From the NCBI GenBank assembly GCA_026023565.1, contig JAPETS010000063.1, forward strand, positions 1 to 64,000: a stretch of 64,000 bases of DNA. Reading direction: 5' to 3'. Below, piece after piece: positions 63,726-64,000 of the stretch (position 1 is the stretch's first letter; each line of letters opens with the position of its first letter). Under the pieces are notes generated by a model that was not told the origin of the DNA, made no database searches, and worked only from the letters and a program-made list of their open reading frames with translations. The DNA comes from Cirrosporium novae-zelandiae. Lineage: Eukaryota. The translations under genes were made by a program, and so were the position numbers.

Positions 63726-64000
63726 TGTGAGGCTGAGGGAATCTGTGGTCGTCTATAGTTATACCTGAATGGCGTCGGTTGGGGTAGAGTGATTAAAAAG
63801 ATTAAGAGCTCGTGAATCCGATGAATCTAGTTACCCTAGCAATGCCGAAAATGCGCGGGGCCGCGTGTAAGCAGCAAAAGCTGATTAAGAAAAGTAAATG
63901 AATGACAATAACTGTGAGACACGTCCGACGGATGGCAGCATCGAAGACTAAAGCAGAAGGATAAGAAGAATGGAGATAATTGGAAGGGGAAGAATGAAGA

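Overview
Eukaryotic (filamentous ascomycete, probably Eurotiomycetes-like) genomic DNA with spliceosomal introns. Conserved core genes: cytochrome b5-fused acyl-CoA dehydrogenase, Aro8-like aminotransferase, a head-to-head TAF3-like/TAF7 pair, a Rad5/HLTF-like SNF2 helicase and an ELO2/FEN1-like elongase, many separated by AT- and microsatellite-rich spacers. Two accessory-looking blocks are present. (i) About 1-12.8 kb: two copies of a MITE, a divergent tautomerase/ketoreductase pair, a RIP-like mutated metallo-beta-lactamase pseudogene, two related small membrane-protein genes (one absent from the ORF track) and a tRNA-like relic. (ii) About 30.8-55.7 kb: a compact candidate secondary-metabolite cluster of two divergent gene pairs, followed by a HET-domain pseudogene. 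One pair is a group A FAD monooxygenase with a group B FMO; the other is a 19-exon highly reducing PKS (intact-looking C-methyltransferase, apparently dead ER) with a 4CL-like acyl-CoA ligase. No NRPS, trans-ER, release enzyme, transporter or transcription factor is visible, so this cluster is the best candidate for an undescribed system. All family calls come from manual motif recognition; no database searches were run.
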